Below, in pieces: positions 28,177 through 39,008 of a stretch of 64,000 nucleotides of DNA. A program made the position numbers and the translations under genes. The notes beneath the pieces are model-generated. The model did no database searches. It had not been told where the DNA came from and was given only the letters and a program-made list of their open reading frames with translations. Origin of the DNA: an uncultured archaeon (GTDB lineage Archaea > Thermoproteota > Nitrososphaeria > Nitrososphaerales > Gagatemarchaeaceae); NCBI GenBank assembly GCA_963817525.1, contig CAWFOU010000007.1, positions 768,001 to 832,000 on the forward strand. The letters are read 5' to 3'. Positions within the stretch are counted from its first letter, which is position 1. Each line of letters starts with the position of its first letter.

Positions 28177-28631
28177 ATTCCAGTCGGCCTGCCGCCCTCG
28201 AGCTCGGAGAGGGAGACTATCAGATTGATCTTTAGCTCGTGCATCAGCTTCCTGGTGAGCGTGGCGTCGGGCTTCAGCTTCTTCGACTCGACCATCTTGA
28301 TGACCGAGGGCTTCTCGTTTAGGAGCTTCCCGAGCTGCTCTTGGGAGAGGCCCAGCTTCTCCCTGGCCAACCTGATCATCAGGTGGTAGTCCGGGTCGAC
28401 GTCGTAATCCGACTCGACTGCGACCGCGACCGGCGCAGGCCTCGGCGCGCTGCTCCTCAGCCCCTTGAACACGGTCCTGGCTGGCATCGGCGCAGGCTTG
28501 AAGGGCGCCGGACCCACCTGCTTACCGAGCTTGGCGCAGTTGTTGCACACGACCATCACGGCCCCGTCTATCTCGACCCTGTTCGGAGAGGCGCGAAGAG
28601 GGGAACCGCACACCTCGCACGCGGCTTTCAT
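28173..28631 (-). CDS. mbf1: Archaeal multiprotein bridging factor 1
   Basis: CEVCG...IDGA.MVVC..C zinc ribbon plus HTH (AREKLGLSQEQLG). Confidence 0.93.
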   Translation of the reverse strand: MKAACEVCGSPLRASPNRVEIDGAVMVVCNNCAKLGKQVGPAPFKPAPMPARTVFKGLRSSAPRPAPVAVAVESDYDVDPDYHLMIRLAREKLGLSQEQLGKLLNEKPSVIKMVESKKLKPDATLTRKLMHELKINLIVSLSELEGGRPTGI

Positions 28632-28718
28632 CTTGGCGTGTGCCCCCAGGCTCGCCTTAAAAGGTTCGCGCGAGGTCGCAGATTTTTAGGTGGGCTCCGC
28701 GGCACGGGCCTCCTCCAC

Positions 28719-29198
28719 ATGAGGCTACTCGACGGCGGGAAGCAGTTCTCCATCATGCTCGACTATGAGTTCGGCGTCGGGACGAGCCGGGCGCTCCCAA
28801 AGTCCGACCTGGAGTTCGTCTACTCGAAGCGCTCCGACAGGCTCAAGCAGGTCATGCACGACGGCAAGCTCTTCGCGACGATCAGGCCAAGCGGCGTCAT
28901 AGCCCCGACCTACTACGGGGCCACGGTCCTGATAAAGTCCAAGGCCTACGCGCAGAACTCCGTGGTCGTGGACCAGGCCGCCGTGGAGTTCGTGAGCGAG
29001 GGTAAGTCGGTCTTCTGCAAGTTCGTGAAGGGCGTGGGGAGGCACGTCCTCCCCTCGGGGGAGGTCGCCATCCTCGACCCCAAGGGCAGGGTGATAGCCG
29101 TCGGGAGGGCGAGGGTCCACGGGGACTATATGCGCCAGTTCAAGCACGGCGTGGCCGTCAAGACTAGGGGGAGCGCAAGGTCGTCATCCGAGGCCTGA
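28719..29198 (+). CDS. PUA-domain protein (archaeosine TGT C-terminal-like)
   Basis: LDYEFG, EGKSVFCKFV, AVGRA, GVAVKTR. Confidence 0.85.
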   Translation: MRLLDGGKQFSIMLDYEFGVGTSRALPKSDLEFVYSKRSDRLKQVMHDGKLFATIRPSGVIAPTYYGATVLIKSKAYAQNSVVVDQAAVEFVSEGKSVFCKFVKGVGRHVLPSGEVAILDPKGRVIAVGRARVHGDYMRQFKHGVAVKTRGSARSSSEA

Positions 29199-29261
29199 GC
29201 CCACCGCGCGAACGATGACTTTAAGGCTGGACTAACCTACAGCCGAGGTCAGGCGAGCAGG

Positions 29262-29600
29262 ATGGGAATGAAGATTAACGACAGGAACGCGCGCCGAATG
29301 ATGGAGCGCATGGGGATCAACCAGAAAGAGGTCCCTGACGTCGAGGAGGTAATCATCCGGACCCGCACCAAGGACATGGTCATCGCGGGCGCCTCCGTCT
29401 CCGAGGTCAACTTTCAGGGCAACCGCGTCTTCCAGGTGGCGGGAGAGGTTGAGGAGGTCGCCAGGGAGGTCAAGAAGTACTCCGACGACGACATCGTCCT
29501 GGTCCAGCAGCAGGCGAACGTCTCGCGGGAAAAAGCGCTCGCCGCGCTGGAACAGTCCGACGGCGAGGTGGCGAAGGCCATCATGCTCCTCACGTCCTAA
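29262..29600 (+). CDS. nac: Nascent polypeptide-associated complex protein
   Basis: MMERMGI...VEEVII, UBA tail DDIVLVQQQANVS. Confidence 0.93.
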   Translation: MGMKINDRNARRMMERMGINQKEVPDVEEVIIRTRTKDMVIAGASVSEVNFQGNRVFQVAGEVEEVAREVKKYSDDDIVLVQQQANVSREKALAALEQSDGEVAKAIMLLTS

Positions 29601-29607
29601 GCAGCCG

Positions 29608-29916
29608 CTAGTCGCCGGTGTATCCTTCTGGCGCGTCGTACTTGCGCTCGGTCTTTTGGATCTCCGACCACTCGTGCCCGCAGTGCTTGCACTTGTAGGT
29701 GTACTGGAACTCGTCGATGTCCACGATGACCGGAGCGTCTTCGGTCAATGTGACCGGCATCGCCGGCCTGGCATAGAGGCTGGGGGCCGAGAGGTGCCCT
29801 TCGGGCTCGGTCTCGGAGAGGCTCTCCGAGTCCACCTCCTTCTTGCTGACGAGCTGGATCTGAAACCTCCGGCCGCAGGACGGGCAGTGGCGGAAGAAGG
29901 TCCTCGCGCCTGACAT
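29608..29916 (-). CDS. Zinc-ribbon protein
   Basis: CPSCG...YKCKHCGHEW. Confidence 0.75.
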   Translation of the reverse strand: MSGARTFFRHCPSCGRRFQIQLVSKKEVDSESLSETEPEGHLSAPSLYARPAMPVTLTEDAPVIVDIDEFQYTYKCKHCGHEWSEIQKTERKYDAPEGYTGD

Positions 29917-30063
29917 GCCTTCTGGAAAAATCCCTCGCCATTACTTATGCCTTGGGACCTCCGCTTCTCGCGGGCCCGGCGCCCGGAATTTGCGTCGAGG
30001 CTTACAATTTTGCAGATATGCATAAATACGGTTTGCCGAAGCAGCGGAAGCACAGAGACTCAA

Positions 30064-30288
30064 ATGGTAGCAGTCGATCCAGAACTTGCAATCGCGGCGG
30101 CTATTGTGATGGCCGGAGGTCTTATCGGGACTGGGCTCGCGCAGCAGGGGATTGGCGCTGCGGGCATGGGAATCATAGCGGAGAAGCCGGAGAAGTTCGG
30201 ACAGGTGCTGTTCTTCTTCGTGATCCCAGAGACCCTGTGGATCATCGGCTTCGTGCTTGGCATAATCCTACTCCTTAACATCCTGTAG
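30064..30288 (+). CDS. atpK: V/A-type ATP synthase proteolipid subunit K (c)
   Basis: GLAQQGIGAAG..AEKPE..IPETL; ATG at 30064. Confidence 0.93.
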   Translation: MVAVDPELAIAAAIVMAGGLIGTGLAQQGIGAAGMGIIAEKPEKFGQVLFFFVIPETLWIIGFVLGIILLLNIL

Positions 30289-30296
30289 AGACCGGT

Positions 30297-30863
30297 GTGA
30301 CCGAAGTGGCCGCAGAAGCCTTGCTCGGCGAGGTGGAGGAGAAGCGGAAGAAGACCATAGAGATGCTCGAGGCTGAGTACTCGGCGAAGAAGGACGAGGT
30401 CGCCAAGAAGGCCACAGAGCAAAGGTCCTACATCGTCGACTCCAGCAAGAAGCAGGCGGACTCCGTCTCGCAGAGGGAGAGGATCAGGATAGCCGGCGCC
30501 GCCAAGCTCAAGGCCAAGAAGATGGTCTTCGACGCCACGGAGAGGATGCTCGAGGCCAACGTGGAGGCCCTGAGGCAGGTCCTCGCGGACTTTGCTGACA
30601 CCGAGGACTACCAGGAGATGCTCCCCAAGATTGTCGCCTATGCCTCCAAGAGGCTCGGCGGGTCCATCAGCGTCAGGAGTAGGCAGGCCGACGCGGCCGT
30701 GCTCAAGAAGCTCGGCGTCAAGGTCGACTCCTCCGACCTGGCCAGCATGGGCGGGTTCAAGGCGACCAACCACGACGACACGCTGGAGCTCGACCTCACC
30801 TTCGAGGAGCTGCTTCGCAGCCGCGAAGACGAGGCGCGCGCCTCGATCCTAGGGAAGGAGTAG
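30297..30863 (+). CDS. atpE: V/A-type ATP synthase subunit E
   Basis: Coiled N-terminus, MGGF...DLTFE; operon context. Confidence 0.9.
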   Translation: MTEVAAEALLGEVEEKRKKTIEMLEAEYSAKKDEVAKKATEQRSYIVDSSKKQADSVSQRERIRIAGAAKLKAKKMVFDATERMLEANVEALRQVLADFADTEDYQEMLPKIVAYASKRLGGSISVRSRQADAAVLKKLGVKVDSSDLASMGGFKATNHDDTLELDLTFEELLRSREDEARASILGKE

Positions 30864-30870
30864 TTGTAGC

Positions 30871-31938
30871 GTGCAGTCCTCCTACGCCGCGAGCTTCGGT
30901 GTCCTCAAGGTCATGTCGCTCAGCTTCCTGAGCAAGAACCAGCTCTTCGAGCTCGCGAAGGCGAAGGACGCGGCGGACATCGCCCAGCGCCTTGAGTCGA
31001 CCTGGTACGGGCCGGACATCGAGGCGGCCGAGTCCGCGTACAAGCCCCCGGAGTCGATAGAGATCGCCGTCAACCGACACCTCGTGAGCGTCAACAAGGC
31101 GGCCCTGCAGGCCGCGCCGGTCTTCGGGAAGAACGCCCTCCGGGCCTATCTCTCAAAGTGGGACATCGAGAACATCGAGCTCATAATCGCCGCAAAGAGC
31201 CTGGGGAGGACCCTCGAGCAGACCGAGACCTTCCTCGTCTCGTCCAGGAACGTGCCGGTCGGCCTCTCCTTCAACACCATCCCGCTCAGCGAGCTCCACG
31301 TCCTCCTCCAGCAGCCCGACGTCGAGACGGTGATCAACTACCTGGTCAAGTTCGGCTACGGCGCGGTCCTCCTCCAGCAGCTTGGGGAGTTCAGGAAGTC
31401 AGGTGACCTCGGCGTCTTCACGGTCGCCCTCCAGACGTTGTACTACTCGCGCCTTTTCCAGGAGCTCAGGTTCCTCCAGGGGGACGAGGGGGTCCTGCGC
31501 GATTACTTCCGGACGGAGATCACGAAGAGGAACCTCCTCAACCTGCTGAAGGCCAAGGAGTCGAACCTCAGCAGGGAGACCTTCGCCAAGCACCTTATCG
31601 ACGGTGGGCTGATCAACCAGGCCGGGATTCTCGACGCCTACACCTCGCCCGAGATGGGAGACGTCGCGAAGAAGCTCGAGCCCTGGTTCGACCTCAGCGA
31701 GCCCCTGGAGAAGTACAAGCAGAGCCACGACCTCACCGAGTTCGAGGTGAGCATGGACAGGCTCGTGGTCGCCAAGTACCTCCCCAAGTTCCACAGCCTC
31801 GCGATATCCCTAACAGCGGTCTTCGCCTTCGTCCTTCAGGCGGAGTTCGAGAGGCAGAACATCAGGCGGATAACCTACGCCAGGCAGTATGGGATGACCG
31901 AAGAATACATAAAGTCAATAATTCTTGCGGGTAATTGA
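30871..31938 (+). CDS. atpC: V/A-type ATP synthase subunit C
   Basis: WDIENI, EFERQNIRRI; operon context. Confidence 0.9.
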   Translation: MQSSYAASFGVLKVMSLSFLSKNQLFELAKAKDAADIAQRLESTWYGPDIEAAESAYKPPESIEIAVNRHLVSVNKAALQAAPVFGKNALRAYLSKWDIENIELIIAAKSLGRTLEQTETFLVSSRNVPVGLSFNTIPLSELHVLLQQPDVETVINYLVKFGYGAVLLQQLGEFRKSGDLGVFTVALQTLYYSRLFQELRFLQGDEGVLRDYFRTEITKRNLLNLLKAKESNLSRETFAKHLIDGGLINQAGILDAYTSPEMGDVAKKLEPWFDLSEPLEKYKQSHDLTEFEVSMDRLVVAKYLPKFHSLAISLTAVFAFVLQAEFERQNIRRITYARQYGMTEEYIKSIILAGN

Positions 31939-32285
31939 ACTTGAGTGGAAAACTAACCGCGCACAGCGGCAAGATAGCAGTGGTCGGGGATCGCGAGCTG
32001 GTGCTCGGGTACCGCCTGCTGGGCGTGGAGGACGCCTTCATCGCGCGGAGGGAGGACTCGCAGAAGGTGCTGATGGACTTGTTCAACTCGAACGAATACG
32101 GCCTCATAGTGGCCGGGAACGAGGTCAGGAAGGGCCTCTCGGTGTCTGCCAGGGACAAGCTCGAGGCGTCGATAGTGCCCCTCGTCGTCTTCATGCCTCC
32201 CCTCGACTCGGCCGCCCCGGCTGAGGAGTCGCTCTCCAGGCTGGCGAGGCGCGTCCTCGGCGTAGACCTCAAGGTGAGCGCATGA
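31935..32285 (+). CDS. atpF: V/A-type ATP synthase subunit F
   Basis: KIAVVGDRELVLGYRLLG. Confidence 0.92.
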   Translation: MNLSGKLTAHSGKIAVVGDRELVLGYRLLGVEDAFIARREDSQKVLMDLFNSNEYGLIVAGNEVRKGLSVSARDKLEASIVPLVVFMPPLDSAAPAEESLSRLARRVLGVDLKVSA

Positions 32286-34051
32286 TGAAAGAAGGGAGAA
32301 TCATCAGGGTAACCGGGCCTGTCGTGACCTCGGAGGGGCTCGAGGGCGCCAGGATGTTCGACGTCGTCAGGGTCGGCGACCTTGGCCTAGTGGGCGAGGT
32401 CATCAAGCTCGAGGGCGAGACCGCGACCCTGCAGATCTACGAGGACACGACCGGCGTGAGGCCGGGGGAGAAGGTCATCAACACCGGCCAGGCCCTCTCC
32501 GTGGAGCTGGGCCCGGGCCTCCTGACGTCGATCTACGACGGAATCCAGAGGCCGCTCAACATCCTCAGGGAGCAGAGCGGCGACTTCATCAGCAGGGGTC
32601 TCGTCATCCCCGCACTGGACGAGAGGAAGAAATGGGACTTTGTCCCCACGAAGAAGAAGGGAGACAAGGTCGCGCCGGGCGAGATAATCGGGACCGTCCA
32701 GGAGACTCAGTTGGTCTCCCACAAGATAATGCTCCCCCCCGGAGTGAGCGGCGAGCTCAAGGAGATCAAGGAGGGCCAGTTCACGATCAGAGAAGTCGTC
32801 GCGAAGGTGAAGACCTCCGGCGGGGACGTCGACGTCTACCTCGCGCACAAGTGGAGGGTCAGGACGCCGAGGCCGATTTCGCGCAAGCTCGCGCCCGACT
32901 CGCCCCTCCTCACAGGCCAGAGGGTCATGGACACCTTCTTCCCTGTGGCAAAGGGAGGGACGGCGGCGATGCCGGGGCCTTTCGGCTCTGGCAAGACGGT
33001 GGCGCAGCAGCAGCTCGCAAAGTGGAGCGACAGCCAAATCATCGTCTACGTCGGGTGCGGTGAGAGGGGCAACGAGATGACGGAGGTCCTCGCCACCTTC
33101 CCCGAGCTTGAGGACCCCAGGTCGAAGAGGCCACTCATGGAGAGGACGATACTAGTCGCGAACACCTCTAACATGCCCGTCGCGGCCAGGGAGGCGAGCA
33201 TCTACACTGGCATCACGATAGCGGAGTACTACAGGGACATGGGGTACGACGTCGCGCTCATGGCCGACAGCACCTCAAGGTGGGCCGAGGCCCTCAGGGA
33301 GATCTCTGGCAGGCTCGAGGAGATGCCCGGTGAGGAGGGCTATCCCGCGTACCTCGGCAGCAGGCTGGCGGAGTTCTACGAGCGCGCGGGGAAGGTCGTC
33401 GCGCTCTCCCCCGAGGAGAGGGTCGGCTCTGTCACTGTCGTCGGCGCGGTCTCGCCGCCGGGCGGAGACTTCTCAGAGCCGGTGTCGCAGAACACGCTCA
33501 GGGTTACCAGGGTCTTCTGGGCGCTGGACGCGAGCCTGGCGGCGAGGAGGCACTTCCCGTCGATCAACTGGCTCACGAGCTACTCGCTCTACATCGACGC
33601 GCTGCGTGGCTGGTACCAGGCGAACGTCGCCCAGGAGTGGCCCGACATGCGGAGGGAGGCCCTCGGCATCCTCCAGAAGGAAGCCGAGCTCCAGGACATC
33701 GTCCAGCTGGTGGGCTACGACGCCCTCCCAGAGTCCGAGAAGGGAGTGATGGACGTCGCGAAGAGCATCAGGGAGGACTACCTTCAGCAGAGCGCGTACG
33801 ACGCCGTCGACACCTACACCTCCGTCCGCAAGCAGTACCTGATGCTGAACACGATACTCACCTTCGGGAGGAAGGAGGCGGAGGCGATAAAGTCGGGGGC
33901 CCAGGCGACGGAGATCGCTGCGCTCCCCGTCAAGACGAAGATAGGACGCATAAAGTGGACGCCTGAGGACCAGACCGAGGCCCTGATCAAGGAGATCGGG
34001 GGCGACATGGACCAGCAGTTCGGCGCCCTAATCCAGGAGGTACAGGTCTGA
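32282..34051 (+). CDS. atpA: V/A-type ATP synthase subunit A
   Basis: [24 protein letters not shown]. Confidence 0.98.
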   Translation: MMKEGRIIRVTGPVVTSEGLEGARMFDVVRVGDLGLVGEVIKLEGETATLQIYEDTTGVRPGEKVINTGQALSVELGPGLLTSIYDGIQRPLNILREQSGDFISRGLVIPALDERKKWDFVPTKKKGDKVAPGEIIGTVQETQLVSHKIMLPPGVSGELKEIKEGQFTIREVVAKVKTSGGDVDVYLAHKWRVRTPRPISRKLAPDSPLLTGQRVMDTFFPVAKGGTAAMPGPFGSGKTVAQQQLAKWSDSQIIVYVGCGERGNEMTEVLATFPELEDPRSKRPLMERTILVANTSNMPVAAREASIYTGITIAEYYRDMGYDVALMADSTSRWAEALREISGRLEEMPGEEGYPAYLGSRLAEFYERAGKVVALSPEERVGSVTVVGAVSPPGGDFSEPVSQNTLRVTRVFWALDASLAARRHFPSINWLTSYSLYIDALRGWYQANVAQEWPDMRREALGILQKEAELQDIVQLVGYDALPESEKGVMDVAKSIREDYLQQSAYDAVDTYTSVRKQYLMLNTILTFGRKEAEAIKSGAQATEIAALPVKTKIGRIKWTPEDQTEALIKEIGGDMDQQFGALIQEVQV

Positions 34052-35439
34052 TGCAAGAGCCCGTCTCCTACAAGACCGTCTCGCAGGTAGCCGGCCCCCT
34101 CATATTCGTGGAGAAGGTCGGGAACGCCGCCTACGGGGAGATGGTTGAGGTCACAAACGCCCTGGGGGAGAGGGTCCGCGGGCAGGTCCTCGACACGAGC
34201 TCGGGCCTCGCGGTCGTGCAGGTCTTCGGCTCGACCCTCGGGCTGAGCACCACCGGAACTTCGGTTCGCTTCCTGGGGGAGACTGCGAGGATCTCCGTGT
34301 CCGACGAGATGCTCGGGAGGGTCTTCAACGGCCTTGGGAACCCGCGCGACAGCGGCCCTGGAATAGTCTCGAAGACCAAGGTGGAGATAGTCGGCTCTGC
34401 AATGAACCCCTACAGCAGGGAGGAGCCCTCCGAGTTCATCCAAACTGGCATCTCGACCATCGACGGCATGAACACCCTGGTCAGGGGCCAGAAGCTCCCG
34501 CTCTTCTCCGGGTCGGGGCTTCCCCACAACCTCCTCGCAGCCCAGATTGCGAGGCAGGCCAAGGTCCTCAACTCTTCGGAGAACTTCTCGGTCGTCTTCG
34601 CCGCGATGGGCATCACCAGCGAGGAGGCCAACTTCTTCATGCGTCAGTTCGAGGAGACCGGAGCCCTCGAGAGGACCGTCCTCTTCCTGAACCTCTCCTC
34701 CGACCCCTCGATGGAGAGGATCCTCACCCCCAGGCTAGCGCTCACGACAGCGGAGTACCTCGCCTACGAAAGGGAGAGCCACGTCCTCGTCATACTCACC
34801 GACATGACCAACTACTGCGAGGCCCTGAGAGAGATCTCCGCGGCGCGCAGCGAGGTCCCAGGGAGAAGGGGATATCCCGGCTACACCTACACCGACCTCG
34901 CGACCATCTACGAGAGGGCGGGGAAGATCAAGGGAAGGAAGGGCTCTATCACGCAGATTCCGATCCTCACCATGCCCGCGGACGACAAGACCCACCCCAT
35001 CCCCGACCTCACGGGCTACATCACCGAGGGGCAGATCTACGTCAGCAGGGACCTCGACAGGTCGGGCGTCTACCCGCCTATCGACGTCCTCGAGAGCCTC
35101 TCCAGGCTGATGAACCAGGGCATCGGACCTAAGAGGACTAGGGAGGATCACAGGGGACTGGCGGACCAGCTCTACGCGTCGTACGCGCAGGGCAAGGACG
35201 TCCGCGCCCTGTCCGCCATCGTCGGCGAGGAGGCGCTGAGCGACGCCGACAGGAAGTTCCTCAAGGTGGCCGAGAGGTTCGAGAGCATGTTCGTCAAGCA
35301 GGGCGTCAACGAGGACCGTAGCATCGAGGAGACCCTCGACATAGGGTGGCAGGTCATAGAGCCGCTCTCCGACAGCGAGATCAAGAGGATCAAGCCCGAG
35401 CTCATCCAGAAATACAGGAGAAGAACCGCGCCGCAATAG
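34051..35439 (+). CDS. atpB: V/A-type ATP synthase subunit B
   Basis: [39 protein letters not shown]. Confidence 0.98.
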   Translation: MQEPVSYKTVSQVAGPLIFVEKVGNAAYGEMVEVTNALGERVRGQVLDTSSGLAVVQVFGSTLGLSTTGTSVRFLGETARISVSDEMLGRVFNGLGNPRDSGPGIVSKTKVEIVGSAMNPYSREEPSEFIQTGISTIDGMNTLVRGQKLPLFSGSGLPHNLLAAQIARQAKVLNSSENFSVVFAAMGITSEEANFFMRQFEETGALERTVLFLNLSSDPSMERILTPRLALTTAEYLAYERESHVLVILTDMTNYCEALREISAARSEVPGRRGYPGYTYTDLATIYERAGKIKGRKGSITQIPILTMPADDKTHPIPDLTGYITEGQIYVSRDLDRSGVYPPIDVLESLSRLMNQGIGPKRTREDHRGLADQLYASYAQGKDVRALSAIVGEEALSDADRKFLKVAERFESMFVKQGVNEDRSIEETLDIGWQVIEPLSDSEIKRIKPELIQKYRRRTAPQ

Positions 35440-35458
35440 ACGGGGACCTCGAAGAGAA

Positions 35459-36118
35459 TTGCCAGCAGCGATAAACGTCAAGCCCACACGGATGGAGTAC
35501 CTCAAGACCATCCGCAGGATCGCCCTGTCCCGAAAGGGGCTCAAGCTGCTGAAGCTGAAGAGGTCCGCGCTCATCTTCGAGTTCTTCAAGATGAGCAAGA
35601 CCGTCGCTGACCTGAGGAGCGGGCTCCAGGCGAAGCTCATCAAGGGCTACGAGGGCATTCACGCCACCGAGATGTTCGTGGGGCCTCTGCGGCTCGAGTA
35701 TGAGTCGATGCGCATCCCCCGGATCCACGAGCTTTCCCTCAGGACCAAGAACGTGATGGGAGTGAAGATACCAGAGATCACCGAGAGTTCGGGGGGCTCC
35801 GGGAGCACTGGGCAGGAGTACCTGCTGGAGATCCCCGCGGCGGTCAACCAGGCGATAAAGGCGTTCCAGGAGGTCCACCAGATGGTCCTCGACGTGGCCG
35901 AGAAGGAGACCGCGCTGCGGAAGCTCCTCTTCGAGATAGAGAAGACCAAGCGCAGGTCCAACGCCATAGAGAACGTGCTAATCCCGAGGCTCCAGGCGAA
36001 CGCGAGGTACATCAAGTTCAGGTTCGACGAGATGGAGAGGGAGAGCTTCACCAAGCTCAAGACCGTCAAGAAGAAGATAGCGGAGCGCGAAGAGGAAGAG
36101 GCGAAGAAGAATGAGTGA
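35459..36118 (+). CDS. atpD: V/A-type ATP synthase subunit D
   Basis: KPTRME, LLKLKR, KTKRRSNAIE. Confidence 0.95.
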   Translation: MPAAINVKPTRMEYLKTIRRIALSRKGLKLLKLKRSALIFEFFKMSKTVADLRSGLQAKLIKGYEGIHATEMFVGPLRLEYESMRIPRIHELSLRTKNVMGVKIPEITESSGGSGSTGQEYLLEIPAAVNQAIKAFQEVHQMVLDVAEKETALRKLLFEIEKTKRRSNAIENVLIPRLQANARYIKFRFDEMERESFTKLKTVKKKIAEREEEEAKKNE

Positions 36119-36305
36119 AAAGTCCGAGAAGAAGCCGCTGGGCATCCCTCCCTTCTACTGGGCCAAGCCCCCCGCCAGGGTGAAGCCTGCGAACGGCTTC
36201 GTCAACAAGCAGCAGAAGCAGTTCTACTGGGTGCTGACGGCCTTCAACCTCGCCAAGATAGCCGCCGCGGCGGCGGTCGCGCTCCTGATAATCGGGATGA
36301 TTTGA
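36111..36305 (+). CDS. Small single-TM protein inside ATP synthase operon
   Basis: Overlaps atpD stop; C-terminal hydrophobic helix. Confidence 0.65.
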   Translation: MSEKSEKKPLGIPPFYWAKPPARVKPANGFVNKQQKQFYWVLTAFNLAKIAAAAAVALLIIGMI

Positions 36306-36309
36306 GAGA

Positions 36310-36642
36310 TTGTCGACCAACTACACCGAGACTCTGAAGAGGATCAAGGACGCGGAGGAGGCGAGCAACAGGGAGGTAGCCGAGAAGAAGAAGGACCTCG
36401 AGGCCGAGCTCCTCACCCTCGAGCAGGCGGCGGACAAGTCGATCGAGGCGGCGAGGAAGGACGCCGAGCTCTACGTGGAGAGGGCCGCCGAGACCGCGAG
36501 GGAGGCCGCCCAGCGAGAGGCCGACGCCCTCCTGTCCACGGCGCAGAAGAACGCCCAGGAGCTCTCCTCGAAGAGGCTGGGCAAGAAGGAGTTAGGCAAG
36601 ATAGCGGACGGCATAGTCTTCTCAGAGTTCAAGGGTGAATAG
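36310..36642 (+). CDS. atpH: V/A-type ATP synthase subunit H (G)
   Basis: LKRIKDAEE, Ala/Glu coiled coil; precedes subunit I. Confidence 0.82.
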   Translation: MSTNYTETLKRIKDAEEASNREVAEKKKDLEAELLTLEQAADKSIEAARKDAELYVERAAETAREAAQREADALLSTAQKNAQELSSKRLGKKELGKIADGIVFSEFKGE

Positions 36643-36645
36643 CGG

Positions 36646-38718
36646 TTGCTGAAGCCTGCAGCGATGCAGAGGGTAGCGGCGGTGGGGCTGCGCGAAGACA
36701 GGCAGCGCGTGGTATCGCTCCTCTACGACCTCGGCGTCGTGCAGATAGAGCCCCTGTCCAAGAGCGTCGCCGCCGTCCTGCACGCGGAGACGGACAACGA
36801 GGCTTCCAAGGACGTCTCCGAGGAGCTGCTGAGGGTGAGGGCGCTGATGTCCGCGCTCCCTCCCACCAACGCGGTGGACAGAAGGGGCTTCTCCTCCCTC
36901 TCCGAGCTCATCGACGCCTCCAAGGCTATCGGCATAGACAAGGAGGTGGCGGCGCTGAGGCAGAGCCAGGAGAGGCTGAGCTCCCAGATAGACGACCTGA
37001 AGAACAGGGCGGCCCTCGTCCGCAACCTGGACTTTTTCGGTGGAGACCTCAGCGTCCTCGACCTGGAGAGCGCCACGGCCTTCTTCGGGATCCTCTCCCC
37101 CGAGGCCTATGAGCGGCTGAAGAAGGGGATCGCGACCATCCAGGACGTGATGGTCCAGCCCTACGGTACCGACCCCGTCCGCCTGGTGGTCATCGTCCCC
37201 AGGTCGCAGCTCGAGAAGTTCGGCGCGGTCATCCAAGCGGCGGATGCCAAGCTGGAGCGCATCCCGCCGATGAAGGGCACCGCCATGGAGGTCCTCGAGA
37301 GCCTCGAGAAGGAGAGGGCGGACAAGGAGTCGGAGCTGAGCCAGGCGAACGACGGCCTCCTCCGGATCTCGGAGAAGTACTACGGGGCGCTCTCGTCCGT
37401 GGAGGAGCAGCTCTCCATAGAGGCGAGGAAGGTCGAGATAATCAACAACTTCGGGTTCACGGAGAGCAGCTTCGTCCTAGAGGGCTGGGCCCCGAAGAAG
37501 AGCGTCCAGGGCCTGAAGGACGCGCTCGCGCGTCACAGCAGCTCCACCATCCTCTTCGAGATCGGCAGCGAGTCCAAGCCACCCACGCTCATGGAGACCC
37601 CGAAGAGGCTCAGGTTCTTCGAGTCCTTCGTGAGGTTCTATTCGATGCCCCAGTCCAACGAGTTCGACCCCACGATAATCTTCGCGTTCACGTTCCCCCT
37701 CTTCTTCGGGCTGATGCTAGGAGACGTGGGCTACGGCGTGGTCATCCTCCTGATAGCGATCTGGATAATCAGGCGGGTCGAGTCTGGCATGCAGGGAAAG
37801 ACCCTCGTCCCCGCGGCGCTGCGGCGCTTCGCGAAGAACATCTTCCAGCCAGCCCAGTTCCGCAAGCTCGCCATGGCGATGGTGCCCGGTTCGATACTCG
37901 GGATAGTCTTCGGGTTCGTCTTCAACGCCTACTTCGGCTTCCACCTCAACCAGTACCTCTTCAGGGACCTCAACTCGGCGCTCAGCCTCCATCTGCCGCA
38001 GAGCCTGCTCACCAATGGGGCCATCCTCGACCCGATATCCTCAAGGGGCCTCAAGACCCTCCTCCTCCTGAGCGGCTACATCGGGCTCTTCGAGGTCTCG
38101 CTGGGCCTGGTCATGGGCATGGTCAACAAGTACTGGGAGGGCGAGACGAGGCACATCTTCGGCAAGCTAGGCTGGCTCTTCGTCGCGTGGGGGATCGTCC
38201 TCATCGGCCTGACCGTGCTCCACCACGGGACCGTGAGCCCGGAGGCCAACCCGCTCGCCGGGGTCTACATCGCCCTCGCGGTAGCCGGGATAGGGCTGAT
38301 AGGCTACGGGGAGGGCGGGCAGGCGCTCATCGAGCTCCCCTCGATAGTCAGCCACATCCTCTCATACACCAGGCTCGTCGGCATACTCCTCGCCTCCGTC
38401 GCCCTCGCGCTCGTGGTCGACACGCTGTTCCTCGCCGACGTCGCCGCGGGGCCCGCACTCGCGATAGTGGGCGTCCTGATACTCGTCGTCGGGCAGCTCT
38501 TCAACCTGGTACTCGCGCTCTTCGAGCCGGGCATCCAGGGGGCGAGGCTCATCTACGTCGAGTTCTTCTCCAAGTTCTATCATGGGCAGGGCAGGCCCTT
38601 CACTCCCTTCAGGGGGAAGAGGACGCACACGCTCAGCGAGATGGAGCTGATGGAGAAGGAGGCCGAGGCCGCGCCTCAGCGGGCCGCCGCGCCCGTCCCA
38701 GTCGTCCAGAACGCCTAA
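36646..38718 (+). CDS. atpI: V/A-type ATP synthase subunit I (a)
   Basis: DPT..FGLMLGDVGYG, SYTRL, RLIYVEFFSKFY. Confidence 0.96.
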   Translation: MLKPAAMQRVAAVGLREDRQRVVSLLYDLGVVQIEPLSKSVAAVLHAETDNEASKDVSEELLRVRALMSALPPTNAVDRRGFSSLSELIDASKAIGIDKEVAALRQSQERLSSQIDDLKNRAALVRNLDFFGGDLSVLDLESATAFFGILSPEAYERLKKGIATIQDVMVQPYGTDPVRLVVIVPRSQLEKFGAVIQAADAKLERIPPMKGTAMEVLESLEKERADKESELSQANDGLLRISEKYYGALSSVEEQLSIEARKVEIINNFGFTESSFVLEGWAPKKSVQGLKDALARHSSSTILFEIGSESKPPTLMETPKRLRFFESFVRFYSMPQSNEFDPTIIFAFTFPLFFGLMLGDVGYGVVILLIAIWIIRRVESGMQGKTLVPAALRRFAKNIFQPAQFRKLAMAMVPGSILGIVFGFVFNAYFGFHLNQYLFRDLNSALSLHLPQSLLTNGAILDPISSRGLKTLLLLSGYIGLFEVSLGLVMGMVNKYWEGETRHIFGKLGWLFVAWGIVLIGLTVLHHGTVSPEANPLAGVYIALAVAGIGLIGYGEGGQALIELPSIVSHILSYTRLVGILLASVALALVVDTLFLADVAAGPALAIVGVLILVVGQLFNLVLALFEPGIQGARLIYVEFFSKFYHGQGRPFTPFRGKRTHTLSEMELMEKEAEAAPQRAAAPVPVVQNA

Positions 38719-38724
38719 CGCCCG

Positions 38725-38982
38725 TTAGCCCTTCATCGCCTTCTCTTGGATGATGTCTATCTGCTTCTGCCTTATCTCTGTGTAGAGGTTGCACCAGTCG
38801 CGCCCGGAGACCAGCAGCTCGAAGGCCTTGAGCTTGGGGTGGACGCACATCCCCCGCTCCAAGATGTCGGCGTTGAGCGGGTCGTTCGGTGAGAACCAGA
38901 CGCACGCGAGGCAGTTCTCGTACTGCCAAGTCAGCCGCTTCAGGCTCTTCTGGGGTTCGGGCTCGTCCTTTCCGCTGCTCAT
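38725..38982 (-). CDS. Small Cys-rich hypothetical protein
   Basis: CLAC...GMC...WC; host codon usage. Confidence 0.7.
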   Translation of the reverse strand: MSSGKDEPEPQKSLKRLTWQYENCLACVWFSPNDPLNADILERGMCVHPKLKAFELLVSGRDWCNLYTEIRQKQIDIIQEKAMKG

Positions 38983-39008
38983 GCCTTCATCAGGGTGGGC
39001 GAGATTAC

